64,000 nt of DNA, taken from positions 43,062 to 107,061 of the forward strand of contig DATKKW010000024.1 of the NCBI GenBank assembly GCA_035542715.1. The letters run 5' to 3'. The DNA comes from Myxococcota bacterium. Lineage in GTDB: Bacteria; Myxococcota_A; UBA9160. The notes under the pieces are model-generated. The model searched no databases and was not told the origin of the DNA. It saw only the letters and a program-made list of their open reading frames with translations. Made by a program: the position numbers and the translations under genes. Position 1 is the first letter of the stretch. Each line of letters begins with the position of its first letter. Below are positions 32,188 to 41,343 of this stretch, piece by piece.

Positions 32188-32271
32188 GCGGCGTGTTTCC
32201 TGCGGTACGTCGCGGGCGACGTTCCTCGGACACGCCGCTTTGCGGCGTGTTTCCCGCGGTACGTCGCGGGC
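32188..32271 (+). repeat. two 30-bp direct repeats (29/30 identical), 54-bp period
   Basis: GCGGCGTGTTTCC(T/C)GCGGTACGTCGCGGGC occurs at 32188..32217 and 32242..32271. ACACGCCGC (32231..32239) between them is the inverse of the repeat's 5' end. Confidence 0.8.
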
Positions 32272-32304
32272 TAGACTCGCGCGCTCGAGACGAGGAGGGC
32301 GCCC

Positions 32305-34017
32305 TTGCGCTGGTCGACTGCCTTCATCCCGACGCTCCGCGACGATCCGGCCGACGCGGAGGCGGTGAGCCACCGGCTCCTCGTGCGGGCGGGCTTCGCG
32401 CGCCAGCTCACGGCCGGCGTCTACTCGCTCCTGCCCCTCGGCTTCCGCGTCGCCCACAAGATCGTCGCGATCGTGCGCGAGGAGATGGAGCGGATCGGGG
32501 CGCAGGAGTTCCTGCTCCCGGCGCTCCATCCCGGCGACGTCTGGAAGCGCTCCGGACGCTGGGACGTGATGGGCGAGGAGCTCTTCCGGTTCCGGGACCG
32601 GCGCGGCGCCGACGTCTGCCTCGGCATGACGCACGAGGAGATCTTCGCGACGCTCGCCTCCGAGATCCGCTCGTACCGCGACCTGCCGCAGATCTGGTTC
32701 CAGATCCAGAAGAAGTTCCGGGACGAGCCGCGCCCGAAGGCGGGCCTGCTTCGCGTGCGCGAGTTCACGATGAAGGACTCCTACTCCTTCGACCTCGACC
32801 GGCCGGGGCTCGATCTCGCGTTCCAGAAGCACTTCGAGGCGTATCGCAGGATCTTCGCGCGCGTCGGGCTCGACGCGCTCGCGGTCGAGGCGTCCTCGGG
32901 CTCGATGGGCGGCAGCGAGTCGATCGAGTTCATGCAGCGCAGCGACGCCGGCGAGGATCGCATCGCGTCGTGTGCCGCCTGCGGCTACGCCGCGAACGTC
33001 GAGAAAGCGACGTCGGCGCTGGCTGCGGTCGAGGACGAAGCGGGGCCCGCCCAGCCCGAGCGGTTCGCGACGCCTGGGATACGCACGATCGAGGCGCTCG
33101 AGCGCTTCGAAGGCGGTGCCCCCGCGACGCGCCAGATCAAGACGCTCGTCTACGTGGTCGACGGCGAGACCGTGCTCGTGCTGCTGCGCGGCGACCATCC
33201 GCTGGCGGAGCAGAAGCTCAAGGACGGCACCGGCGCGCGGGAGGCGCGCCCGGCGAGCCCGGAGGAGATCCGGGCCGCCCTCGGCGCGTCGGCCGGGAGC
33301 CTGGGCGCGGTCGGAGTCTCGGGGCCGCGCGTCTTCGCCGACCTCGCCCTCCAGGGCCGGCGCAACATGACGACGGGCGCCAACCAGGACGACTTCCACC
33401 TGCGCGGCGTCGACCTGGGTCGCGACGTCGCCGTCTCGACCTGGCTCGACCTGCGGGAGGTCGCGGCCGGCGAGGCGTGCCCGATGTGCGAGGCGCCCCT
33501 CGAGGTGGGGAAGGCGATCGAGATCGGCCACATCTTCAAGCTCGGCACGCGCTACAGCGAGGCCCTCGGCGCCGCGGTCCAGGACGAAGACGGACAGACG
33601 GTGCCGATCATCATGGGCTCCTACGGGATCGGCATCGAGCGCACGCTGGCCGCCGTCGTCGAGCGCTGGAACGACGAGAAGGGGATCGTCTGGCCGGTGC
33701 GGGTCGCGCCCTACGAGGTCGTCGTGACGGTGCTGAATCCGAAGGAGGTGACCACGTCCGAGGCCGGCGCCCAGCTCTACGACGCCCTGCGCGCCGCGGG
33801 CATCGACGTGATCCTCGACGACCGCGACGAGCGTCCCGGCGTGAAGTTCAAGGACGCGGAGCTCGTCGGCATCCCCTATCGGCTCACGGTCGGACCCAAG
33901 GGCCTCGCGCAGAAGCAGGTCGAGTTCGTGCGACGACGCGATGGCCGGAGCCAGGGCATCGACCTGCAGCGGGCGGCCGCAATCGCCGCGGAGGCGGTGC
34001 TGGAAGACCGGGCCTGA
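32305..34017 (+). CDS. proS: proline--tRNA ligase
   Basis: 570 aa. TTG start follows GAGGAGGG. Class II motifs (FRDE.RPK.GLLR.REF.MKD, GSYGIG) and the bacterial-type INS editing domain length are present. Confidence 0.95.
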   Translation: MRWSTAFIPTLRDDPADAEAVSHRLLVRAGFARQLTAGVYSLLPLGFRVAHKIVAIVREEMERIGAQEFLLPALHPGDVWKRSGRWDVMGEELFRFRDRRGADVCLGMTHEEIFATLASEIRSYRDLPQIWFQIQKKFRDEPRPKAGLLRVREFTMKDSYSFDLDRPGLDLAFQKHFEAYRRIFARVGLDALAVEASSGSMGGSESIEFMQRSDAGEDRIASCAACGYAANVEKATSALAAVEDEAGPAQPERFATPGIRTIEALERFEGGAPATRQIKTLVYVVDGETVLVLLRGDHPLAEQKLKDGTGAREARPASPEEIRAALGASAGSLGAVGVSGPRVFADLALQGRRNMTTGANQDDFHLRGVDLGRDVAVSTWLDLREVAAGEACPMCEAPLEVGKAIEIGHIFKLGTRYSEALGAAVQDEDGQTVPIIMGSYGIGIERTLAAVVERWNDEKGIVWPVRVAPYEVVVTVLNPKEVTTSEAGAQLYDALRAAGIDVILDDRDERPGVKFKDAELVGIPYRLTVGPKGLAQKQVEFVRRRDGRSQGIDLQRAAAIAAEAVLEDRA

Positions 34018-34115
34018 AGCCGCCCTCCGGAGCGCGGACCGAGCCAGAAAATCGCAGCGTCGCCGACCGGTGACGCTAGAATGGCCCCGATCCCAAAGAG
34101 AGACGGAGGCCTTCG

Positions 34116-34832
34116 ATGGAGATCTTCGCGAGCTCGGAGTTCTGGTACTTCCTCCTGCGCTGGTTCCACTTCCTCGCCGGCGTGATGTGGATCGGCATCC
34201 TCTGGTATTTCAACTTCGTGCAGACCCCGTTCTTCGCGACGGAGCTCGGCGGCCAGGCGCGAGGCGCGGTCGTGCGCGGTCTCGTTCCGACGGCGCTCTG
34301 GTACTTCCGCTGGGGCGCGATGTTCACGTTCCTCACGGGCTGGACGATCCTGATCTCGAAGATCGTCGGCGGCGTGCCGCACACGAGCCCTTACGTGACG
34401 CTGATCCTGACGGGCGGGCTCCTCGGCACGCTGATGTGGGCGAACGTCTGGTTCGTGATCTGGCCGAACCAGAGGACCGTGATCGCGAACGCCGAGGCGG
34501 TGGCGGCGGGGCAGCCGGCGAACCCCGCGGCGGCCGCGGCGGGCGCGCGCGCGGGCCTCGCCTCCCGCACGAACACCCTGTTCTCGATCCCCATGCTCTT
34601 CTTCATGGGCTCCGCGAGCCACTTCCCGAGCCTCGCGAGCAAGCTCGCCATCGGGCAGGGTCACGCGGGGGTCTACTGGCTCGTGTTCCTGGTGCTGGCC
34701 GGCGCGGCCGAGTACAACGCGCTCGCCGGCAAGGCCGACCAGAAGCTCGCCAAGCCTCCGGTGGGACCGGTCGTGCACGCGGGCCTCGGGCTCACGGTCC
34801 TCTTGTTCGTGTCGGCGCTGATCCTGCTCTAG
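34116..34832 (+). CDS. polytopic membrane protein, urate-hydroxylase PuuD N-terminal-domain-like
   Basis: 238 aa. LLRWFHFLAGVMWIGILWYFNFVQ resembles the membrane domain of the PuuD family as I recall it. There is no fused cytochrome c domain. Confidence 0.5.
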   Translation: MEIFASSEFWYFLLRWFHFLAGVMWIGILWYFNFVQTPFFATELGGQARGAVVRGLVPTALWYFRWGAMFTFLTGWTILISKIVGGVPHTSPYVTLILTGGLLGTLMWANVWFVIWPNQRTVIANAEAVAAGQPANPAAAAAGARAGLASRTNTLFSIPMLFFMGSASHFPSLASKLAIGQGHAGVYWLVFLVLAGAAEYNALAGKADQKLAKPPVGPVVHAGLGLTVLLFVSALILL

Positions 34833-34844
34833 CAGGCGACGGAG

Positions 34845-35306
34845 TCAGTCCGGCTTCACGCTCTGCAGGTACGCGGCGATGTCCGGCAGCGCCGGCTCGA
34901 GGTGCGGCAGCGCGACCATCTGCTGCGTCTGGCGCTTCGGCGTGTAGCCCGGCGGATAGGCGGCGTGCAGCACGCGCGCGGTCACGAGCTCGAGCGACGA
35001 GCCCGCGATCGCGGGCCCGAGCGCGCCGTCCTTCGTCGGGTCGGCGTTGTGACACGCGGTGCAGTTGAGGGCGTAGATCTGCCTTCCCTTCGCCGGGTCG
35101 CCCGTCGCCGTGGGCTTCGCCGGCGCCTCGCCGGGCGCAGCGGACGTCGCGGACGGAGCGGGCGTCGCCGGCGCGGGGGCCGCCGGAGGGGCCGGTGCGG
35201 TCGTGCCGGCATCCGACCCGCCGCCCTGCGGCTCGCCCCGGGAGCACGCGAGGGCGAGACCGAGCAGCGCGGCGAGGCTCGCCGCGCCGAGGACGAGACC
35301 GCGCAC
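34845..35306 (-). CDS. lipoprotein c-type cytochrome (mono-haem)
   Basis: It has the lipobox LALAC, a Pro/Ala linker and the haem motif CTACH with a distal Met region. I placed the start at GTG 35306. ATG 35408 is an alternative. Confidence 0.7.
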   Translation of the reverse strand: MRGLVLGAASLAALLGLALACSRGEPQGGGSDAGTTAPAPPAAPAPATPAPSATSAAPGEAPAKPTATGDPAKGRQIYALNCTACHNADPTKDGALGPAIAGSSLELVTARVLHAAYPPGYTPKRQTQQMVALPHLEPALPDIAAYLQSVKPD

Positions 35307-35486
35307 GCACCGTCCGGTGTCGCGTCCGCCGTGCGGCGCCCGAAGGCCCGTCGTGCCCTCCCTTCGATCCGACCTCGAGAGCCCCGTCGTGCCGCCGCGC
35401 GTGTGCATCCGCCGCCGCTCCTCCCGCGGCCGACGGTAGCCGCGGCCTCGGGCGCCGCCACGCGCGTCGCGAGGTAGATTGGCTCC

Positions 35487-36086
35487 ATGACGGAGCCCGC
35501 CCCCACCCGAGCCGGCTTCCCGGACGAGCCGCCGCTCCCGCACGGCATCGGTGCGGTGCTCACGCTCGCAAACCTCGTGACCCTCGCGCGGCTCGCCGCC
35601 GCGCCGCTCCTCGCGGCCGACGTGCAGGCCCGCTTCCACGCGAGCTGCGGCCTCCTGTTCGTGTACGCGGTGGCGACCGACCTGGTCGACGGACGCCTCG
35701 CCCGGCGTCGCGGGGAAGCGTCGCGCCTCGGCGGCCTGTTCGACCACGCGACGGACGCGATCTTCGTCGCGACGGGTCTCGGTGCGCTCGCGAAGCTCGG
35801 CCTCCTGACGCCGCTCCTTCCCGCCCTCGTGCTGCTCTCGTTCCTGCAGTACGTGGTCGACTCGCGCGTGCACCGCGGCCTCCCGCTGCGCGCGAGCTCC
35901 CTCGGCCGCGTGAACGGCATCAGCTACTACGTGCTGCTGGGGACGGTCCTGATCCGGGACGCCCTCGCCCTCGGCGGGCCCTCGGACCGCGCCGTCGCGT
36001 TCCTGGCGTGGACGCTCGTCGCGACGACCGTGGTCTCGATGGCAGACCGGGCCGTCGCCTGGCGCCGCCCCTCCGTCGCGCGCTAG
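35487..36086 (+). CDS. CDP-alcohol phosphatidyltransferase family protein
   Basis: DLVDGRLARRRGEASRLGGLFDHATD fits D-x2-DG-x2-AR-x8-G-x3-D-x3-D. Length is 199 aa with several TM helices. Confidence 0.8.
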   Translation: MTEPAPTRAGFPDEPPLPHGIGAVLTLANLVTLARLAAAPLLAADVQARFHASCGLLFVYAVATDLVDGRLARRRGEASRLGGLFDHATDAIFVATGLGALAKLGLLTPLLPALVLLSFLQYVVDSRVHRGLPLRASSLGRVNGISYYVLLGTVLIRDALALGGPSDRAVAFLAWTLVATTVVSMADRAVAWRRPSVAR

Positions 36087-37084
36087 GTCTTGCCGCCGAA
36101 CACCTCGCGCTGCGCGCGCCCGAGGAAGAGCAGGCCGATCGCCGCGTTGAAGAAGATGAAGAAGTTGTGCATGACGAAGCCGAAGGCCGTGGCCTCGGCC
36201 TGGTGGTCCGGGATCAGGTAGGTCCAGAGCGTGATCGCGACGGCGCGCATCGGGCCGGGCATCGCGGCACCGAAGAACACCACCGGCACGTAGCTCAGCA
36301 TCTCTCCGAACCCGAGCTCGATCCCGAAGAGACCGAGGGCGATCTTGTAGACGACGACCGCGATCAGCACGGCGGGCGAGCGCATGAGCAGGATCACGAC
36401 GTACTGCCAGGGCCGGGCGCGCCGGAACGCGAACAGGAGGTCTCGCTCGCGCAGGCGCGAGGACGGCGCGAGCGTCCCGCGGAAGTAGAGCACCCAGAGC
36501 GCGAAGAAGGCGAGCGCGCCCGCCGCGATCCACGGGACGACGTGGAACGGCGCGGGAAGCGCGCGCCAGCGCAGCGCCACGCCGAGCGTCGCCCAGGCGA
36601 GGAGGTAGTAGAACTCGCAGAACATGATGAAGAGCATGCTCGAGCCGACCTGCCAGCCCGGGACGCCCTCGCGGCGCTGGAGGTAGAGCGCCATCGCCCC
36701 CTTCCCCACCTGCTCGTTCAGGATCGACAGGATGTACGTGCTCGCGCGGACCGGCAGCACGTCGCGGAACCGCACCCGCGCGTTGAACCAGTTCACGACG
36801 CGCCAGAGCACCGTCGAGTCGATCAGGAAGAAGGACAGGGAGTAGGGGACCATGAGCGCGAGCCAGCGGCTCCAGCTCACGCTCTCGAACACGTGCAGGA
36901 GATACGAGAGGGCGTCCGTTCCGCGCGCGCGCGCCTGCGCGTCGATCTTGATCCCGAGGACGGAGAAGCACACCACGGTGACGAGCCAGGGAAGCGCGCG
37001 CTTCCACGCCGCGGGCCTGCGCCGTGCGAGGTCGGCGGAGGGCGGCGTCGCGGCGCCGGGAGCCGGCGACGGCAGCTCCGTCAA
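36083..37084 (-). CDS. UPF0104 / lysyl-PG-synthase-TM-like flippase-type membrane protein
   Basis: 333 aa and about 8 TM helices. TTG at 37084 overlaps the upstream stop (TTGA). The 3' end overlaps the convergent gene in CTAG (36083..36086). Confidence 0.65.
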   Translation of the reverse strand: MTELPSPAPGAATPPSADLARRRPAAWKRALPWLVTVVCFSVLGIKIDAQARARGTDALSYLLHVFESVSWSRWLALMVPYSLSFFLIDSTVLWRVVNWFNARVRFRDVLPVRASTYILSILNEQVGKGAMALYLQRREGVPGWQVGSSMLFIMFCEFYYLLAWATLGVALRWRALPAPFHVVPWIAAGALAFFALWVLYFRGTLAPSSRLRERDLLFAFRRARPWQYVVILLMRSPAVLIAVVVYKIALGLFGIELGFGEMLSYVPVVFFGAAMPGPMRAVAITLWTYLIPDHQAEATAFGFVMHNFFIFFNAAIGLLFLGRAQREVFGGKT

Positions 37085-38097
37085 CTCGCCTCCGGTCCAG
37101 CGCAACGCCGGAGGGTGTCGTCGAGCGGAGTCAGGACGAGGCCCAGCCGACGGCAGGCCGGGCCGGGCTCGATCCGATCGTCGTGCTCGAGCACGTCGAG
37201 CATCGCGCGCGTGAGCGGCGGATTCGCGAGCACGCGCTCGAACAGCGCCGCCGCGACGGCGACGAGGGAGTACGGGAGCGGGAAGATGCGCGGGCGCCGC
37301 CCGTGCAGCGAGGCCGCGCGCCGCACGAGCTCGCGATGGGGCAGCGCCTCGGGCCCCGCGAGCTCGAGGAGCACTCCGGCGAGATCGCGCCTCGAGAGCG
37401 CGAGCAGGATCGCGGTCGTCACGTCGTCGCCGTCGATGGGCTGCTCGAAGCTCGCGCCGCCGCGCACGAGCGGGACGAACGATGCGCGGGCACGGCTCGC
37501 GAGGGCGAGCGCCGCGGGATCCCCGGGCGCGAGCACCATGGGAAGCCGGATCACGGTCGTCGGCACCGCGCGCTCGAGCAGGATCCGCTCCGCCCGCCCC
37601 TTCGACGCGAGGCACGGGTTCGGCGAGTCCGGATCGGCGCCGAGGATGCTCAGGTAGACGATGCGTCGGACGCCGGCCTTCTCGGCCGCGCGCGCGAGGG
37701 AGGTCGCCGCCGACTCGTGAGCATCGGCGTATCGCGTGAGCGCCGTCTGCTTCAGGATGCCCACGAGATGCACGACGTGGGAGCACGCTTCGGCGGCCCG
37801 CGCGAGGGCGTCGACGTCTTGATAGTCGACGATGCGCACCTCGACCGAAGCAGCCGGAACCGCGGCACGCACCGCGGCCGCCGCGGACTGGCTGCGGACG
37901 ACGGCGCATGCGTGGATGCCGTCGCCAGCGCGCGAGGCGAGGCGACGGAGGAGGCGCAGGCCGATGTGGCCGTTCGCGCCGGTGACGAGCACGCGAGCCG
38001 GCGTGCTCGTCGTGCTCGGCGAACCTGCGCTCTGCTGCTGCACCCGCGCCCTCGCATCCGGCCGGCGTCCGCTTCGCGACGACGCGCCCCGGCGCAT
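37081..38097 (-). CDS. NAD(P)-binding SDR/NmrA-like epimerase-family protein
   Basis: The Rossmann motif VLVTGANGHIGLRLL is present, with a ~300-aa atypical-SDR layout. The start may be later than 38097. Confidence 0.7.
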   Translation of the reverse strand: MRRGASSRSGRRPDARARVQQQSAGSPSTTSTPARVLVTGANGHIGLRLLRRLASRAGDGIHACAVVRSQSAAAAVRAAVPAASVEVRIVDYQDVDALARAAEACSHVVHLVGILKQTALTRYADAHESAATSLARAAEKAGVRRIVYLSILGADPDSPNPCLASKGRAERILLERAVPTTVIRLPMVLAPGDPAALALASRARASFVPLVRGGASFEQPIDGDDVTTAILLALSRRDLAGVLLELAGPEALPHRELVRRAASLHGRRPRIFPLPYSLVAVAAALFERVLANPPLTRAMLDVLEHDDRIEPGPACRRLGLVLTPLDDTLRRCAGPEAS

Positions 38098-38186
38098 CGT
38101 GGGTCTCGGCCTGTCCCGCGCGGCGCCGCCGTGTCACGATAGCAGCGCTCCCGCGGCGCCGTGCGGCCCGCACGCTCGGAGGACGC

Positions 38187-39770
38187 ATGGGTCGCGCGGT
38201 GCAGGCGCTCTCGGTGCTCGGCCTCGGCCTCGTGCTGTTCTCGGCACTCCGGCTCGGGACGCTCGAGCGCTGCGGGCCGCTCCACTTCGACCTCGAGCTT
38301 GCCGGTCGCGTGCCGGCCACCTTCTACCTTCCCGAGACGGCGGACGGCGGCGCCGCGCGCCTGCCGCCGCCGAGGCCGATCGACGAGCGCCCACCCGCCG
38401 TCGTGCTCGCCCACGGGCTCGCGTCGGATCGCGTGATGACGAGCAGCCTCGCGCGCCGCCTCGCTGCGAACGGCTACGCCGTCCTCGCCCTCGACCTGCG
38501 CGGCCACGGCGCCAACCGCAACGGAGTTCCCCCGCTCGCCGGCCGGACCGACGTGTTCTTCGACGATCTCTCCGCCGCGGTCTCGTTCCTGCGCACCTCG
38601 CCGTACGTCGACGGTTCGAAGCTCGTCGTGATGGGACACTCGATGGGAGCGACGGCCGCGCTCGACTTCGCGAGCCGCGACTCCGCGATCGACGGCGTGG
38701 TCGCGATCTCCGGCGGGCGCCTCGTGCTCGGGCCGTTCGTTCCGCCGAACGTCCTCTTCCTCCTCGCCGAGCGCGATCCCGCGCCGATCCGCGACGGTGC
38801 GCTCGGCCTCGCGCGAGCGATCGCCGCCGACGAGACGCTCGCTCCGGGTGAGACGCGCGGCGACGTCGCGGAGGGCCGCGGGGTGAGCGTCGCCGAGGTC
38901 CGGGGCGCGGACCATCTCTCCGTCCTGTTCGCCGCCGCCGCCGCCGGCGAGATCCTGGCCTGGCTCGACACCGTCTTCGGACGCGCGCCGGCGCCCGACC
39001 GAATCCTCGAGGATCCCCGCCTCACGGCGCTCGGGATCTCGCTGCTCGGCTTCCTCCTGACGCTGCCCGGTGTGGGATGGCTCGCGGGGCGGCTCGCGGG
39101 CCCGCTGCCGCCCCGACCGGCGCTCCCGGCGCTCGCGGGGCTCGCGGCGCTCGCCACGGCCCTGGCCGCCAGCCTGGCGCTCGTCAGCGCCGGCGCGCCG
39201 CTCGGCTTCGTCGCGCTCGAGCTGGGGGATGCCGTGGGGTCGATCTTCTTCGTGGCCGGAGCCGCGCTCCTGGGCGGGCTCGCCGCGACGGGCCGCCTGC
39301 GCTGCGGCCCCGGAGCCCGCGCCTTCGGCGCCGAGCTCCGTGCTGCGCTCGCACCGGGCCTCGCGGCGTTCGGAGCGATCTACGTGCTCGCGACGCCGAT
39401 CGGCGTCGTCGCGCATCGGATCGTGCCCACGCCAGAGCGCGCGCTCGCGACGGTCGTGCTCGCGGCGCTCGTGCTGCCGTTCTTCCTCGCCCAGGAGACG
39501 CTCGTCCGGCGCGGAGGGCCGCTCGTCGCCTGCGCCCTCGGTCTCGCGGCGCGGCTCGCCACGCTCGGCGTCGTCGCCGCGGGCCTCGCGCTCGGCGTCC
39601 TTCCGCCGGTGGTCGGGATCCTCCTGCCGCTCCTCGCGGTGCTCCTCTTCGGGATGGAGGTCGTGGCGACCGCGCTCTACGTGGCGTCGCGCAGCTGGCT
39701 CGCGATCGCCGTGCTCGAGAGCGCATGGCTCGCCTGGGTGATCGCGGTCGTCATGCCGATTCGAGCTTGA
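38187..39770 (+). CDS. alpha/beta-hydrolase fused to a C-terminal polytopic membrane domain
   Basis: It has an N-terminal signal anchor, the nucleophile elbow GHSMG and about 7 hydrophobic helices in the last 250 aa. Confidence 0.7.
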   Translation: MGRAVQALSVLGLGLVLFSALRLGTLERCGPLHFDLELAGRVPATFYLPETADGGAARLPPPRPIDERPPAVVLAHGLASDRVMTSSLARRLAANGYAVLALDLRGHGANRNGVPPLAGRTDVFFDDLSAAVSFLRTSPYVDGSKLVVMGHSMGATAALDFASRDSAIDGVVAISGGRLVLGPFVPPNVLFLLAERDPAPIRDGALGLARAIAADETLAPGETRGDVAEGRGVSVAEVRGADHLSVLFAAAAAGEILAWLDTVFGRAPAPDRILEDPRLTALGISLLGFLLTLPGVGWLAGRLAGPLPPRPALPALAGLAALATALAASLALVSAGAPLGFVALELGDAVGSIFFVAGAALLGGLAATGRLRCGPGARAFGAELRAALAPGLAAFGAIYVLATPIGVVAHRIVPTPERALATVVLAALVLPFFLAQETLVRRGGPLVACALGLAARLATLGVVAAGLALGVLPPVVGILLPLLAVLLFGMEVVATALYVASRSWLAIAVLESAWLAWVIAVVMPIRA

Positions 39771-40932
39771 AGCGCTCCGCCCGGGCGAGCGCGCGGTCGC
39801 GGAGACGCAGCCCGTGCGCCGCGCCCGCGATCGCGAAGCCGAAGAGCGCCACCGCCCCGAGGCCCAGCGCGAGGCCCGCCGCGTCGCCGAGCGCACCCGC
39901 GAGCCACGGCACCGCGAAGCCGCCCGCGGCGCCCGCGCCGGCGACGAGGCCCGCGGCGGTGCCGCTCTTCTCGGGGAAGCGCGTGCCCGTGAGTCCGATC
40001 ATCGCGGGATAGACCGCGCCGAGCGCGACACCGACGAGCGCCATCACGAGCTCGATCCGGGGCGAGCCGAGCACGAGCGCGAGACCGAGGACGCCGCCGC
40101 CCGCGAGGCCGGCCATCGCGAGGAAGCGCGTGCCGAGGCTGCGGCCGGCCCCGAGCATGCCGAGACGACCCGCGAGGAGCCCGAGCCAGAGGGCGCTGAT
40201 CGCGAGCTGGCCGCGCTCCTGCGGCAGTCCGTGCGCGCGGGCCCACGGCACCGCGAACACGGTGAGCGCGGTCTCGACGCCGACGTAGGCGAAGCCCACC
40301 GCGCAGAGCGCGAGCAGCGGGAACGATGCGAGGGAGCGCGAGGGCGCGAGGACCGCGCCCGAGGCCGCGCGCCGCTCGGACGGCGCAGGAAGGGGCACGA
40401 CGGCCGCCCATGCGGCGAGGGCGAGGAGCGCGTAGCCCGCCGCGTGGAAGCTCGAGGCCCATCCGCCGCGGCTCGCGAGCACTGCGACGAGGGGCGGCCC
40501 GCCGACAGCACCGAGCGTCGCCCCCGCGTGCAGGAAGGCGAGGCGCCGCCCGAGGCTCGCCTCGCCGCGGGCGTTCCCGTCCTGGATCGCGACGGCGTTC
40601 AGCAGCGTGTCGTAGAAGCCTGCGCCGGCGCCGAGCGCGAGCATGTGGAGGAAGGCCCGGGCGAAGGTCGCGCTCGCGTCGAGCGAGAGCAGGGCCGCCG
40701 CGGACGCGAGGAGGGACACGACGAACAGAGGGCGGCGGGGCAGGCGGTCGACCACCGGGCCGGCGCCCGTCACCCCGACGCCCGCGCCGAGCGCAAAGGC
40801 CGCGCCGAGGAGCCCCGAGCGCGCGAGGTCCATCTCGAGGCTCTTCGCGAGCGCGTCCTGATTCGCGCCCACGAGCACGAGCAGGACGCCGAACACGACG
40901 AAGGCCGCGAAGCCGAGGAGCGGGAAGGCCAC
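39751..40932 (-). CDS. MFS transporter
   Basis: 393 aa with 12 predicted helices and a D-R-x-x-R-R-like loop (VVDRLPRRPL). There is a 20-nt convergent overlap with the preceding gene. Confidence 0.75.
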   Translation of the reverse strand: MAFPLLGFAAFVVFGVLLVLVGANQDALAKSLEMDLARSGLLGAAFALGAGVGVTGAGPVVDRLPRRPLFVVSLLASAAALLSLDASATFARAFLHMLALGAGAGFYDTLLNAVAIQDGNARGEASLGRRLAFLHAGATLGAVGGPPLVAVLASRGGWASSFHAAGYALLALAAWAAVVPLPAPSERRAASGAVLAPSRSLASFPLLALCAVGFAYVGVETALTVFAVPWARAHGLPQERGQLAISALWLGLLAGRLGMLGAGRSLGTRFLAMAGLAGGGVLGLALVLGSPRIELVMALVGVALGAVYPAMIGLTGTRFPEKSGTAAGLVAGAGAAGGFAVPWLAGALGDAAGLALGLGAVALFGFAIAGAAHGLRLRDRALARAERFKLESA

Positions 40933-40936
40933 GCGC

Positions 40937-41338
40937 TCAGAGCATGTTGAGCTCGAGGCGGGCCGCCTCGCTCATCATGCCGGGGTTCCACGGCGGATCC
41001 CACACCACCTCGACGCGCGCGTCGGAGACTCCTTCGACGCCGCGCACCTTCTCCTCGACCTCCGGCGGCAGCGATCCCGCGACGGGACACATGGGCGACG
41101 TCAGCGTCATGCGGATCGAGACTGCGCCGCCTTCGGTCACGTCCACGTCGTAGACCAGGCCGAGCTCGTAGATGTTCACGGGGATCTCGGGGTCGTAGCA
41201 GCTCCGCAGCACGTCGAGCACACGCTCGCGCAGGGCCTCGAGGCCGCCGTTCGTAGGGGCGTGTTCCGGTCGGGGCGCGGCGGCCTCCGCCGGCTCGGCG
41301 CTCGCGGGCGCCGCGGGCACGTGGATCTCGTCCGCCAT
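40937..41338 (-). CDS. sufT: SUF-associated DUF59 Fe-S assembly protein (SufT-like)
   Basis: ATG at 41338. DPEIPVNIYELGLVYDV and TLTSPMCP are DUF59 motifs. It is the last gene of the suf operon. Confidence 0.8.
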   Translation of the reverse strand: MADEIHVPAAPASAEPAEAAAPRPEHAPTNGGLEALRERVLDVLRSCYDPEIPVNIYELGLVYDVDVTEGGAVSIRMTLTSPMCPVAGSLPPEVEEKVRGVEGVSDARVEVVWDPPWNPGMMSEAARLELNML

Positions 41339-41343
41339 CGTGG

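Noticed and set aside
32188-32271. Direct repeats considered as a CRISPR array.
   Set aside because: There are only two copies, a 24-bp spacer containing an inverted copy of the repeat end, and no cas genes in the window.
35347-35393. 11-bp direct repeat CCCGTCGTGCC (35347 and 35383) in the spacer between the cytochrome c and CDP-alcohol transferase genes.
   Set aside because: It is short and GC-rich, so chance occurrence is plausible. It may even lie inside the cytochrome gene if ATG 35408 is the true start (where it would encode GTTGL twice). There is not enough evidence for a regulatory call.
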